A DNA stretch of 64,000 nt. Origin: Owenia fusiformis (Eukaryota). Both the position numbers and the translations under genes were made by a program. Where the stretch lies: positions 16,120,001 to 16,184,000 of the forward strand of contig CAIIXF020000001.1 in assembly GCA_903813345.2 (NCBI GenBank). Direction: 5' to 3'. Under the pieces are notes generated by a model that was not told where the DNA came from, searched no databases, and saw nothing but the letters and a program-made list of their open reading frames with translations. Below, piece after piece: positions 63,616-64,000 of the stretch (positions are counted from its first letter, which is position 1; the number at the start of each line of letters is the position of its first letter).

Positions 63616-64000
63616 CTATAGAACATATGAAGAATTTGAATAAACCTTGGATATTTATTTGTTGTACTGTTCCACTATAATGTCACCTACCAAATTTCAC
63701 ATCACATACATACAGTTCAAACTATATAGACATATTGCTCAACAGAGAAGGTGAAAGATTGAGTACATGAGGGATATTGTATTACAAGCTGAAAGATACT
63801 GTCTCCAATTGATATGTGTATCCTATCATGGCAGAACACACACACACACAATATAATCAGGCCCGCAGCCAGGGGGGGGGGGGAGTTTGAGCAATCCACT
63901 CTGGCCAAAAATTCTCTTGAAATCATGCAGTTTTCACCATTCTGAGCAATAAAGGGCCAAAGTTGTCCAAAGTGAACTCCCCTGGAATTTTTTAAAAAGT

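Overview
AT-rich, intron-containing animal genomic DNA, probably lophotrochozoan (inferred from the annelid-type sarcoplasmic Ca-binding proteins and the repeat types). Genes reconstructed by hand from GT-AG exons, left to right: (1) MPV17 (minus, partial) with an unusual 5' region dense in hairpins and 5' splice sites; (2) a complete C9orf72 orthologue (minus); (3) an intronless 501-aa cGAS-like receptor (Mab-21/cGLR nucleotidyltransferase) with a predicted N-myristoylation signal, nested antisense in a 6.8-kb C9orf72 intron; (4) a 16-exon, ~1330-aa multi-lectin type I membrane receptor (plus) with one frameshift; (5) a ~10.6-12 kb tandem duplication, each unit holding a 198-aa SCP/photoprotein-family EF-hand gene; (6) the 3' half of an MFSD2-like transporter (minus). 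There are many MITEs, a Helentron-associated-type repeat, a decayed LINE fragment, and a Tx1/L1-clade LINE with a long intact ORF2 nested inside two DNA transposons. Best candidates for novel biology are the membrane-anchored cGLR inside C9orf72, the structured MPV17 5' region, and the rapidly diverging SCP paralogs. All homology calls come from recalled motifs, not database searches.
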